In this document: piece by piece, positions 33,142 to 41,600 of the stretch
Numbering within the stretch: position 1 is the stretch's first letter
How the letters are laid out: every line of letters starts with the position of its first letter
Assembly: GCA_019057795.1 (NCBI GenBank)
Contig: JAHLWS010000077.1
Location: 134,766-198,765, forward strand
From: Promethearchaeota archaeon
Lineage (GTDB): Archaea > Asgardarchaeota > Lokiarchaeia > Sigyniarchaeales > SOKP01
Direction: 5' to 3'
DNA length: 64,000 nt
Program-made: the position numbers and the translations under genes
Notes under the pieces: model-generated
The model's database searches: none
What the model was told of the DNA's origin: nothing
What the model saw: the letters and a program-made list of their open reading frames with translations, nothing else

Positions 33142-34152
33142 ATGCCTAAAGATTTAAAAAATGTATTAGATAATATCGAATCGAGCGAAAAAGAAAGCGC
33201 TATTCTCCTATCTAAAATGGATAGGTTAAAAGAAATGATAGAAAAACAGAAGAGGGTTCTGACAGAGCATGAAAATATTATTGAAAAACAAAAAATAAAA
33301 ATAACAAGAATGTATGACATTCCTGAAGATGTCTTAGAACTAAAAGAATTAGTTGGAAGTCAAAGAGCAATGCTGAATCAAAGAGAAAAAGAGATTGAAC
33401 TCGCAAAAGGCGAAGTTCTTGGTATTCAAAAAGAATTAGAATTTATAAAGAAACAAAACATCCCCACTCAACGAAAATTAGAGGAAGGTTTTGAATTAAT
33501 TGGAAATTTAAAATCAGAACTTCTATTGAAAGAAGAAACTATTAAATCTTTACAAATTAAAGTACGAGAAATTCAAGCTTTTGCTGATAAAATTCAAGAC
33601 GAGCAAGTTAGATTGTTGACTGATATGGATCAAAAGTGGAAAAAAGAACTCGAGAAATTGAGATTGGAACATATAGAAGAGAAGAAGGATTTAGTTGGAA
33701 AAATTTCCGATTTAGATACTTTTTTACTTGATTCTAAACTGACCTCCACAGAGGCAACCTCTGAGGCTAAAGACCTTAAATCCAGGTTTGCAGATATCCG
33801 AACACAACAGGAAAATATGATTAATAAATTAGAGGATGCTTTAGACAAAAAACGTGAAGCGGATGAAAAGGTTAGAGAACTCAATAAGGAAATGGAAGAA
33901 CTTAGAATTTTCAGACAAAATAACATTAAAAAGATTACCTATTACGATAAATTAACCGAATTAATGGAACGCGAAGCACAATTTAAAGCATTCTTAATAG
34001 TAGAACAAGTAGGTTCAATGACATTAGATGATTTAAGAAATGCCTTAGGATCTCCTATCGTATTGGTAAGAAAAATAGTGCAAAATTTACAGGAAGTCGA
34101 TCTATTTGAAATTAACGATGCTGGTAAGATTTCTGTTAAAAAAATAGAATAA
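33142..34152 (+). CDS. Long coiled-coil protein with a C-terminal winged-helix-like domain
   Basis: About 270 aa of E/K/L-rich heptads, then FLIVEQVGSMTLDDLRNALGSPIVLVRKIVQNLQEVDLFEINDAGKISV. Confidence 0.75.
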   Translation: MPKDLKNVLDNIESSEKESAILLSKMDRLKEMIEKQKRVLTEHENIIEKQKIKITRMYDIPEDVLELKELVGSQRAMLNQREKEIELAKGEVLGIQKELEFIKKQNIPTQRKLEEGFELIGNLKSELLLKEETIKSLQIKVREIQAFADKIQDEQVRLLTDMDQKWKKELEKLRLEHIEEKKDLVGKISDLDTFLLDSKLTSTEATSEAKDLKSRFADIRTQQENMINKLEDALDKKREADEKVRELNKEMEELRIFRQNNIKKITYYDKLTELMEREAQFKAFLIVEQVGSMTLDDLRNALGSPIVLVRKIVQNLQEVDLFEINDAGKISVKKIE

Positions 34153-34263
34153 CTCTAATTTAACAGAATTTTATTCTTATTTTTTAATAATTGTTGAATT
34201 AAAGTTTAGCAAACCTTTATTAGACGTATAGTTAGTTGGTTTTTACAAAATATAATTTGAGAT

Positions 34264-34641
34264 TCAAATCTTTGCTAAATCTCTATATAAATCGGGTAAA
34301 CGTTTCATAAATTTTCCATCTTGTACCAGATTGAGTATTTCTGCTGCTATCGTTTTTAAAATTTCTCGATATTTATTTGGTTTCTCATCTCTACGCAATA
34401 ACAACGCAACTACATAATTCTCCACGCTAATATAGTCATCCCCTACGCCAGAAAAGAAAGAAACCACTTTATTGTTCTTTAGGGAGATACTAGCAAAACC
34501 AGGTTTGAGCGATTGATATCTATGTGAAGAATACACCTGCGTGAGCAAGTTATTCGTTATTTTCAGGTTTTCGGGGTAAAAACCCTCGTTTATGGGGCCT
34601 ATTTCATTGTCCCAGCGAATAATTAGAATACCTACAGGCAC
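34264..34641 (-). CDS. Stand-alone uDENN/longin-like domain protein
   Basis: GTG start with GGAGG upstream. GILIIRWDNEIGP..GFYP hairpin motif and a beta-beta-alpha-beta-beta-beta-alpha pattern. Confidence 0.75.
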   Translation of the reverse strand: MPVGILIIRWDNEIGPINEGFYPENLKITNNLLTQVYSSHRYQSLKPGFASISLKNNKVVSFFSGVGDDYISVENYVVALLLRRDEKPNKYREILKTIAAEILNLVQDGKFMKRLPDLYRDLAKI

Positions 34642-34868
34642 TTTATAATTCCTCCGTCAACCTCCTTTATGATCTTTAATTTTTGAAATTTAATTAGGAA
34701 AATCTATTTATTTAATAACTAATTAACTAAATAATTAAAAATTATGTTTATAACATTTTATATTTAATATTTTATATTGTTTTATTTTTGTTTTTCTTTC
34801 CAGATTTTTTTTATTCTACTTATGTTTTAATCGCTTCTTCAATCATTAATGTTTTCTATCTCTTTATA

Positions 34869-34945
34869 ATTTAAATTAATATGTTGATATCTTTCAATTA
34901 ATAGAGAATAACAATTAGAAGGCTAATCTCTATAGTAAAAATTTA
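34869..34945 (+). repeat. 77-bp direct repeat, copy 1
   Basis: 73/77 identical to 35853-35929 by manual alignment. Its last 3 nt form the methyltransferase stop codon. Confidence 0.93.
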
Positions 34946-35746
34946 TTTTAACCCTGTAAAAATAAAATACCCAAAATTATCTCCCTTTAAGACTTTTTGG
35001 AATTTTCTCGCAAATTTCAGGGTTGGAGATAATTTATGTCGAATTTCTTTATTCACTATCATATGATAAAGCATTTTAAATATAATTTTTACCAGCTTAC
35101 CGAATGAGTAAGCCCTTTTAAAGAGATCATCATAATAATCGAGTAACTTAATGTCGTTAAATCCAGATTCATTGAGAATTTGTTCCCATTCTTGAAAATT
35201 TCTGATTTTAATCTGTGTTCCAATAACATTGGACATGATTTCATTTGTCTCTTCCATAAATTCATCACTGAGAGATTCATTCATAAATAAGTCTAAAGTA
35301 GCTATCTTGCCATTAGGTTTTAAAACTCGTAAATATTCATTGAGAACTTTGATAGGATTTGGTACTAATGCAGTTATCGCCTCACCGTATACAATATCGA
35401 ATGAATTATCAGGAAATGGCAGGCTTTCTACATTTGCAATTTGAAAAGTTACATTTGTTAGATTTGATTTATGCGCTTCTTCACGAGCGATTTCTATTAC
35501 AAGATCCCCTAAATCAATACCTATTATCTCGCAGTCGAACTTACTTGCAATATATCTGGTAATATACCCTGTAGAACATCCCACATCTAAAATTTTTGGT
35601 TTCTCAATCTCTTTTATTTTCAATAACTCAATTAACGTGTCAGTTCCTTTCCATCCACCAAAAGTAGGGCTTGTCATGGCACCTATATATGCTTGAAATT
35701 CGTAAATTCCGAGTTTTCCAATTTCTTCTTTAGATAATTTTTTCAT
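34943..35746 (-). CDS. Class I SAM-dependent methyltransferase (Methyltransf_11-like)
   Basis: ILDVGCSTG motif I, GIDL, LPFPDNSFDIV and RVLKPNG. Confidence 0.9.
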   Translation of the reverse strand: MKKLSKEEIGKLGIYEFQAYIGAMTSPTFGGWKGTDTLIELLKIKEIEKPKILDVGCSTGYITRYIASKFDCEIIGIDLGDLVIEIAREEAHKSNLTNVTFQIANVESLPFPDNSFDIVYGEAITALVPNPIKVLNEYLRVLKPNGKIATLDLFMNESLSDEFMEETNEIMSNVIGTQIKIRNFQEWEQILNESGFNDIKLLDYYDDLFKRAYSFGKLVKIIFKMLYHMIVNKEIRHKLSPTLKFARKFQKVLKGDNFGYFIFTGLK

Positions 35747-35852
35747 TATATACTATCACTTTAAATTTTACATGTCATGAATAATAAAATTAGTCACATA
35801 AATTATATAATATTATTACGATTTTTAATTTGAGATCATATGGTTAGTTATT

Positions 35853-35929
35853 ATTTAAATTAATATGTAGATATCTTTCAATTAATATAGAATAACAATT
35901 AGAAGGCTAATCTCTAAAGAAAAAATTTA
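35853..35929 (+). repeat. 77-bp direct repeat, copy 2
   Basis: 73/77 identical to 34869-34945. Confidence 0.93.
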
Positions 35930-36030
35930 AATTAAAACTATAACTTTTCAATATTACAGTTAAAACCTAATTGGTTTAATAAAAAACATCTTAGTATTAT
36001 AAAACATTTAGTATCGTAGCATAAAATTTT

Positions 36031-36180
36031 GGCGGGATTACCGAGTCTGGTCAAAGGTCTTATGGTTTAGAAGGGTCAAGACCGATTATAGGTGCTGGAC
36101 TTAAGATCCAGTGGCAAAGGCCTTCGGGAGTTCAAAATTGTTGGGGGATTTACCTAATAATGAAACTCTCCCTCCCGCCA
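36031..36180 (+). tRNA. tRNA-Leu(UAA) with two non-canonical introns (36055-36089 in the D-loop; 36137-36166 in the T-loop)
   Basis: Acceptor stem GGCGGGA/TCCCGCC plus discriminator A. D stem ACC/GGT. Anticodon arm CTGGA-CTTAAGA-TCCAG, with TAA at 36102-36104. Variable arm GGC-AAAG-GCC. T arm GGGAG-TTCAAAT-CTCCC after splicing. Both inserts fold into BHB motifs. Mature length 85 nt; CCA not encoded. Confidence 0.93.
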
Positions 36181-36392
36181 TCTTCTTTTTACTTTTTCCC
36201 ACCGCTCTACTCTCATTCTATAGATATTACTAATCCAGTATTCGGGTATGTTTAAATAGGGGCTATTCTGTAATGACTTCATTTAGAAATTACAAAAAAA
36301 ATAAGTAAGTTTGATAAAATCTAGGATAGAATATTAATAACTGCATGATTTCTAATTAATTATTATTTTAGTAAAAATCAAATGAGATTAAT

Positions 36393-37697
36393 ATGAAATT
36401 AATTGAAATTATTGGTTTAGAAGAAAAGCACGCTCAACTTTTAGGAAAAGCAGGTATAAAGGAAGTAGAAGATCTTTTGGCTCTTAGTTACTATCAGATT
36501 AAACAATTAGCAAGAAATATAGGCGTGACGGTAAATAGACTTGATACGTGGCAAGAACACGCCGATCTAATGAGAATCGAGGGCGTGAATCCTGAAATAG
36601 CTAACGCTCTAAATCTAATAGGTATCGATTCTGTCAAAGAATTTGCTTACAGAAATTCTAAAAATACAGTTGAAAAGTTAAAACTGTTAAAGAAAGACAA
36701 TCCAAAAGTCCTTACAAAGCTTCCAACGCTTAAAAACGTAGAAGAGTGGACTAAAAACGCAAAAAGTTTAGCAGAAGTGCCAAAAAAGGATGGTAAACCA
36801 AAAAAGAAGCCATCACCTAAGAAAAAACCCTCACCTAAAGAAAGACCATCCTCAGATATACCGATTATAGAAAATTATAAGCCTTTTGAAAAATTCGAGA
36901 AAGATTATGGTAAATTTGGTCCAGGTTATTGGAATAACAAATGGAAAACGGCACCAATTATCTACACTGGAAGAGCTTTGAGAGGAGAATCGTACAAAAA
37001 ACAAATCGATGTAGATGTGAAAGCGTTCATGAAGGATAACGACGCAATATTATGGCACGTTATAACTCAACTTGATCTAAGGAAAGAAAGTCCAAACGAA
37101 ACAGCTTTAACGATCCAAAATTTCGTGTGCAATTTTCTAAAATATAAGTACGACGATATCGCGTCAGAATGTCCCGAATTCTGGTTATTTCCCTTCGAGA
37201 CAATTCAATCAGAAATCGGGGATTGTGAGGACGGAGCCATCCTCATCGCTAGTCTGTTAATTAATGCGGGCATTCCTTCATGGAGAGTTAAAGTATGCGC
37301 CGCTCAAGTAATGGCCGATCCGGTATTTGCTCCTTCAGATTCAGAGTTAGGAGGGCACGCGTATTGTATATATTTGGCAGATCGTCCAGAATCAGAACGA
37401 AAACTAGAGTGGTTAATACTAGACTGGTGTTATTTGCAAGATCCTGAGGTTCCAATTGAAGAAAAACCCTTAGCGCGAGATGGTGGGCAGGGAAATGCTT
37501 ATCGAAACATTTGGTTTACTTTTAACGACGAAGAATCGTGGGCGCAAAGTAGTTTTGAAGTCAAGGAAGGACGAATTAGCCGGAATCGCACGGCACAGAA
37601 AGACGAGGTTTTAGCGCCTTTAAAAAACATCTTAAAAAGTCTAGCGAGCGAAGAGCTCGAAAAAATATTCAGGAAATTAAATATTGAGATCGAATAA
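36393..37697 (+). CDS. DUF4332-like tandem HhH protein with a Lys/Pro linker and a C-terminal transglutaminase-like cysteine protease domain
   Basis: IIGLEEKHAQLLGKAGI and ADLMRIEGV..IANALNLIGIDSV (DUF4332-like). Triad motifs GDCEDGAILIASLL, GGHAY and ILDW. Confidence 0.82.
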   Translation: MKLIEIIGLEEKHAQLLGKAGIKEVEDLLALSYYQIKQLARNIGVTVNRLDTWQEHADLMRIEGVNPEIANALNLIGIDSVKEFAYRNSKNTVEKLKLLKKDNPKVLTKLPTLKNVEEWTKNAKSLAEVPKKDGKPKKKPSPKKKPSPKERPSSDIPIIENYKPFEKFEKDYGKFGPGYWNNKWKTAPIIYTGRALRGESYKKQIDVDVKAFMKDNDAILWHVITQLDLRKESPNETALTIQNFVCNFLKYKYDDIASECPEFWLFPFETIQSEIGDCEDGAILIASLLINAGIPSWRVKVCAAQVMADPVFAPSDSELGGHAYCIYLADRPESERKLEWLILDWCYLQDPEVPIEEKPLARDGGQGNAYRNIWFTFNDEESWAQSSFEVKEGRISRNRTAQKDEVLAPLKNILKSLASEELEKIFRKLNIEIE

Positions 37698-37736
37698 ATT
37701 TAAACTTTAATATTGATCTTTTATTTTTTACTTTTT

Positions 37737-38378
37737 TTAAGTATCTCCTTCTTTACTGTTATCTTCCTTGAATAATGAAGCGCTACAATAGGGACAAAAA
37801 CGAGCCCCTTCGCGACCTACTTCAGAACCACAGTTAGAACATTTTATTTTAAAGTCAACTGAAGAAGGGATCGTTTCAATTACATATTCGGTAATTTCCT
37901 TCATTAACTTCTGTACTTCCGTGATTTTCTCTTTTTTTACTTCTTCGGGAAAAGAATTAATGTAAATTGAAGAAAGTTCAACTAAAACATTTCGAACAAA
38001 CTTAAGTTGGTCAAAGAAATTTTTATTTATCTTTACTTTCAATATTTCTTCTCCAGCTTCAGATAGAGAATACACCTTTCGAAGCGGACCAACCTGAGTT
38101 TTGACGGTCCTTACTTTTAAGAATCCATCTCTCTTTAACTTGGATAGAAGCGGATAAATGGTCCCCGATTGGGCTTCCCATGTCCCCGCAAAGTGTTCGT
38201 TTAAAACCCTGATTAAATCATAACCCGAGATTATTTGGTTATTAAATATGTGTTCTATAATCGTAAATTCTAGCGGTGTTAATCTTCTCTTTTTAACATT
38301 GTCAAAAATTTCCCGTTTAAGTTTGGAACGTATTTCCGCCATATCTTCTTCGAGATCTAGAGATTTCCCTAACCACAT
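37737..38378 (-). CDS. PadR-family regulator with C-terminal zinc ribbon (copy B)
   Basis: SGYDLI, SGTIYPLLSKL, RKVYSLSEAG and CSNC...FCPYC. Confidence 0.9.
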   Translation of the reverse strand: MWLGKSLDLEEDMAEIRSKLKREIFDNVKKRRLTPLEFTIIEHIFNNQIISGYDLIRVLNEHFAGTWEAQSGTIYPLLSKLKRDGFLKVRTVKTQVGPLRKVYSLSEAGEEILKVKINKNFFDQLKFVRNVLVELSSIYINSFPEEVKKEKITEVQKLMKEITEYVIETIPSSVDFKIKCSNCGSEVGREGARFCPYCSASLFKEDNSKEGDT

Positions 38379-38407
38379 TCGGATTTTACCATTTACAATT
38401 CTTTTAA

Positions 38408-38935
38408 TTACGCACTTTTTTTTCTCAATTTATTCATTTCCTTTTCAATTGCTCGCTCCATTCGCGTTTGTTTTTCGCCTTCTTCATAGAGTTTTTTATT
38501 ATAAAACCCTTTGTATACAATATAGTGTATTATCAAAGCCAAGCCCCAAAAGAAGGCGGGAAAAGCAGACCACAAAAACCAAGTTTGTACATTTGGCATA
38601 GCGTTAATGAAGTTATTAATAATAAACAAAAATAGTATTACAACAATATATGATACGGTGTTAAAGATTACACCTCTTTTAGCAATGGGGTAAACACCTC
38701 TCGCATAAACTAAATATGCGGTTATATGAATAACCAATCCTATCAACCAACCAAAAATCGGAAATATAACCCATGCAAAGAATGGAGTAAATAGCACATT
38801 TACTGAAATTAATAATACTATCGTTAATACATAGGCGGTTAAATGAATTTTAACTGAAAGTCGAAATTTTATTTTCAAAGCGGCTATACGGCGGAGATTT
38901 TCTTCTGAAAAACCATTTTCATTAGACTCATTCAC
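38408..38935 (-). CDS. Membrane protein with two tandem 2TM domains (copy B)
   Basis: Two H..Y...N...W..FP..(G/F)W..GL..H units and a C-terminal ERAIEKEM. Start set at GTG 38935 by alignment to the paralog. Confidence 0.85.
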   Translation of the reverse strand: MNESNENGFSEENLRRIAALKIKFRLSVKIHLTAYVLTIVLLISVNVLFTPFFAWVIFPIFGWLIGLVIHITAYLVYARGVYPIAKRGVIFNTVSYIVVILFLFIINNFINAMPNVQTWFLWSAFPAFFWGLALIIHYIVYKGFYNKKLYEEGEKQTRMERAIEKEMNKLRKKSA

Positions 38936-39166
38936 GATTATTCGTCCCAAGTAATTTTAATTTTATTTATTATCTTTATATGATTTCTGTATTTTTTTAT
39001 GATGATTAACTTATGATTTGCTGATTATTTAATAACTTTAATTATTTAAAAATTTGTTGATTCTACATAGCCATAGGAAATACATCTTGTTTAGACTACT
39101 AAAAGAATTTCTTGAAAAAAAATAAAAAGAATTTTAAAGTTAATTTAAACGCTATAAGAAGCGATT

Positions 39167-39817
39167 TTATTCTTGTACATTTGAGTTTTCTACTTCTCTT
39201 TCTTCCTCAGGAGCTAATTGAGTCCCACAGAAAGGGCAGTAAGCCACTTTCCTACCGATTTCATTACCGCAACTTGTGCACTTTGCTTTAAACCTAAGAG
39301 TTGAGGGGATACTATCTTTTATCCTTTCGAAAGACTCGTTTAAGGTTGTTAGCACATCATTGATGATTTTTTTCCTTACTTGTTTAATATGTGATTTCAC
39401 ATAGATGGAAGCTAGTTCTATGATAAAGTTCTCCAAAAACTTAAGTTGGTCCAAGAAATTCTTATTAACCTTCAATTTTAATATTTCTTCACCAGCGTCA
39501 GTTAATGAGTATATCTTTCGGATCGGTCCAATTGGACTTTTAACCATTTTAGATTTTAAGAAGCCATTTCGCTCCAGTTTTGACACAATTGGGTAGATAG
39601 TACCAGACCTAGCTTTCCAGGTTCCAGCAAAGTGTTTATTTAATGTTTGGATAATATCATAGCCTGAGAGGGCGTTACTATTGAAAATTACTTCGATTAT
39701 AGTGAATTCGAGAGGAGTTAGCTTATTTTTTTTAATTTTTTTAAAAATTTCTTGTTTGATTTTGGATCTCAACATTTCAATATCGTCTTCAAGATCTAAG
39801 AATTTTCCCAGCCACAT
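39167..39817 (-). CDS. PadR-family regulator with C-terminal zinc ribbon (copy A)
   Basis: SGYDII, SGTIYPIVSKL, RKIYSLTDAG and CTSC...YCPFC. Confidence 0.9.
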   Translation of the reverse strand: MWLGKFLDLEDDIEMLRSKIKQEIFKKIKKNKLTPLEFTIIEVIFNSNALSGYDIIQTLNKHFAGTWKARSGTIYPIVSKLERNGFLKSKMVKSPIGPIRKIYSLTDAGEEILKLKVNKNFLDQLKFLENFIIELASIYVKSHIKQVRKKIINDVLTTLNESFERIKDSIPSTLRFKAKCTSCGNEIGRKVAYCPFCGTQLAPEEEREVENSNVQE

Positions 39818-39835
39818 TTTAATTTAGCTCCTCAA

Positions 39836-40351
39836 CTATTCCTTTTTTAATCTACTTTGCATTTTTTCCATTTCTTTTTCAACAGCACGTTCCCTTCTTG
39901 ACTTCAATACACCTTGATCATCAGTCGTAGGTCGATGATAGATGTAATATGTAACTAAGTGAATTACTAATCCTGTACCCCAGAGAAACGCCGGAAAAAT
40001 TGACCAATAATAAAAAGGTGAATTGAAATAATTAGTTACAAATAAAAGCAACATTACGAATATATATGCCACTGAATGATAAATTGCGCCTCTCTTTGCC
40101 GACGGATATACTCCTCTCGCATATATTATATAAGATGTGATGTGTTCAGCTACGCCAATAAGCCATCCAAAGATAGGAAATAACACCCACCAAAATGTTG
40201 GTGTAAAAACCAAGTTTATACCGCTAAGAAACGTACAAACTGTAATGTATACGCTTATGTGTATTTTTACAGACATTCTATAATTCACTTTCCGGAGGGC
40301 TATACGACGAAGACTATCTTCCGAAAAACCGTTATATTTATGTTCATTCAT
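39836..40351 (-). CDS. Membrane protein with two tandem 2TM domains (copy A)
   Basis: HISVY..N..WWVLFPIFGWLIGVAEH, HSVAY..N..WSIFPAFLWGTGLVIH and ERAVEKEM. Confidence 0.85.
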   Translation of the reverse strand: MNEHKYNGFSEDSLRRIALRKVNYRMSVKIHISVYITVCTFLSGINLVFTPTFWWVLFPIFGWLIGVAEHITSYIIYARGVYPSAKRGAIYHSVAYIFVMLLLFVTNYFNSPFYYWSIFPAFLWGTGLVIHLVTYYIYHRPTTDDQGVLKSRRERAVEKEMEKMQSRLKKE

Positions 40352-40640
40352 ATTTTTTGTTCACTTCACTTTAAATTTTGCTTAATTCTATTTTAAATTA
40401 ATATTTTTTAATTACAAATAATATAAAGAAATAATCATTTATAAACCTATGTAGACTTGACAATAGTCATTTGTTATAGAACAATAATCGTTTGTTGAAA
40501 AAACTTAGTAGAATAAAAAAAATTATTCGATTTTTATAAATCTTATCAAGATGATTAAAAGTATCAAACTTATGATGTGTATGAAAAAGTTTTAATACCA
40601 AAATTTACGATTATCCCCAATCCACGATCTTAATTGTATT

Positions 40641-41294
40641 ATGTCGTTGTTTTCGGAATATATTGAAAAAATTGAAAAATGGGACCGCAAAGCGTTCCTT
40701 AGTTTATATAAGAGTGATTTTTCTAAGCGAACAAAACAATTTGCTAACATTTTTAGCTTTTTTGGAAGCTTGCATTTTTGGGGGCTTGTCTGGCTCTCTT
40801 GGTTCATCTATGGTTTCTTCACAAAAGATTATTATCTCTTAGTATTGTTCACAGGAGCGTTTGACCAGTCTGTCATCATACATATAATTATTCGCTATGG
40901 AATTGTTAGAAGAAATAGACCTTACATCAAGCTTAAGACTGAAGGTGTTGAGCAACACGACGATTTTATTAGGATCCCATATATTATGTCAGAATCTGAA
41001 GCAAAATCTTTTCCAAGCGGTCACGTTACGTTCTTCCTTCTCTTTGGAATTGTTTTTGCTTTTTATTTTAATAGTTGGATCATTTTTTTGATATTTTTAG
41101 GATTAGACGTAGTGATGGCTTTCTCGCGCCTGATTTTGGGAGTCCATTTTCCAAGCGATGTGATTTTTGGCTTTGTATTTGCATCCCTTTACGCATTGTT
41201 ATACCTTGGATTTACCTACACCTTTTGGGTTGATCTTTATTACTTTCTCGGGCCTATAGTATCGCGAATTTTTCTTTTCTGGTTGTATATATAA
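40641..41294 (+). CDS. PAP2-family membrane phosphatase
   Basis: RRNRP, SFPSGH and SRLILGVHFPSDV. Confidence 0.92.
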   Translation: MSLFSEYIEKIEKWDRKAFLSLYKSDFSKRTKQFANIFSFFGSLHFWGLVWLSWFIYGFFTKDYYLLVLFTGAFDQSVIIHIIIRYGIVRRNRPYIKLKTEGVEQHDDFIRIPYIMSESEAKSFPSGHVTFFLLFGIVFAFYFNSWIIFLIFLGLDVVMAFSRLILGVHFPSDVIFGFVFASLYALLYLGFTYTFWVDLYYFLGPIVSRIFLFWLYI

Positions 41295-41600
41295 CATAAA
41301 GGTAGAGAAATGTTTTAATAAAATTCTCAATTTTTGTATTTTTTTCTTAAATTTTCACTGTTTCGTCGTATTTTTCTGTTAAATGAGGTTTCATTATATG
41401 AACGAAGATTATCTAAAAGGGGATCAAACACAATTCGACTACAATTGATATCAAAAACGGAGCTCTCAATCCAAGGGAATCTAGAACTATCCCGCTCTAT
41501 ACGAAATTTAACTCGGGAATTAGCAATTAACAAAAAAGGAAATTACTTTTTTAATGATCATAACGAATTAGAAAATAGGTTAATTAAAAAATTAAAATTG

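Noticed and set aside
34869-35929. The 77-bp repeats considered as a CRISPR array or integron attC sites
   Set aside because: There are only two copies about 1 kb apart, no cas or intI gene, and no convincing RYYYAAC/GTTRRRY ends. Kept only as a direct-repeat cassette.
36154-36282. 42-codon minus-strand ORF (MKSLQNSPY...RRWREGEFHY) overlapping the tRNA 3' end, considered as a split-integrase fragment
   Set aside because: It has no integrase motif, there is no second copy of the tRNA 3' end (att site) in the window, and the length is compatible with chance.
39062-40453. CTACATAG / CTATGTAG words upstream of the two 2TM-PadR operons, considered as PadR operators
   Set aside because: They are only 8-9 bp, in opposite orientation relative to the two operons, and not part of a clear palindrome.
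41383-41484. Short ORF with an in-frame TGA (MRFHYMNEDY...DYN-TGA-YQKR), considered as a selenoprotein because Lokiarchaeia use Sec
   Set aside because: There is no redox-motif context, no resemblance to known selenoprotein families, and no SECIS that I could identify.
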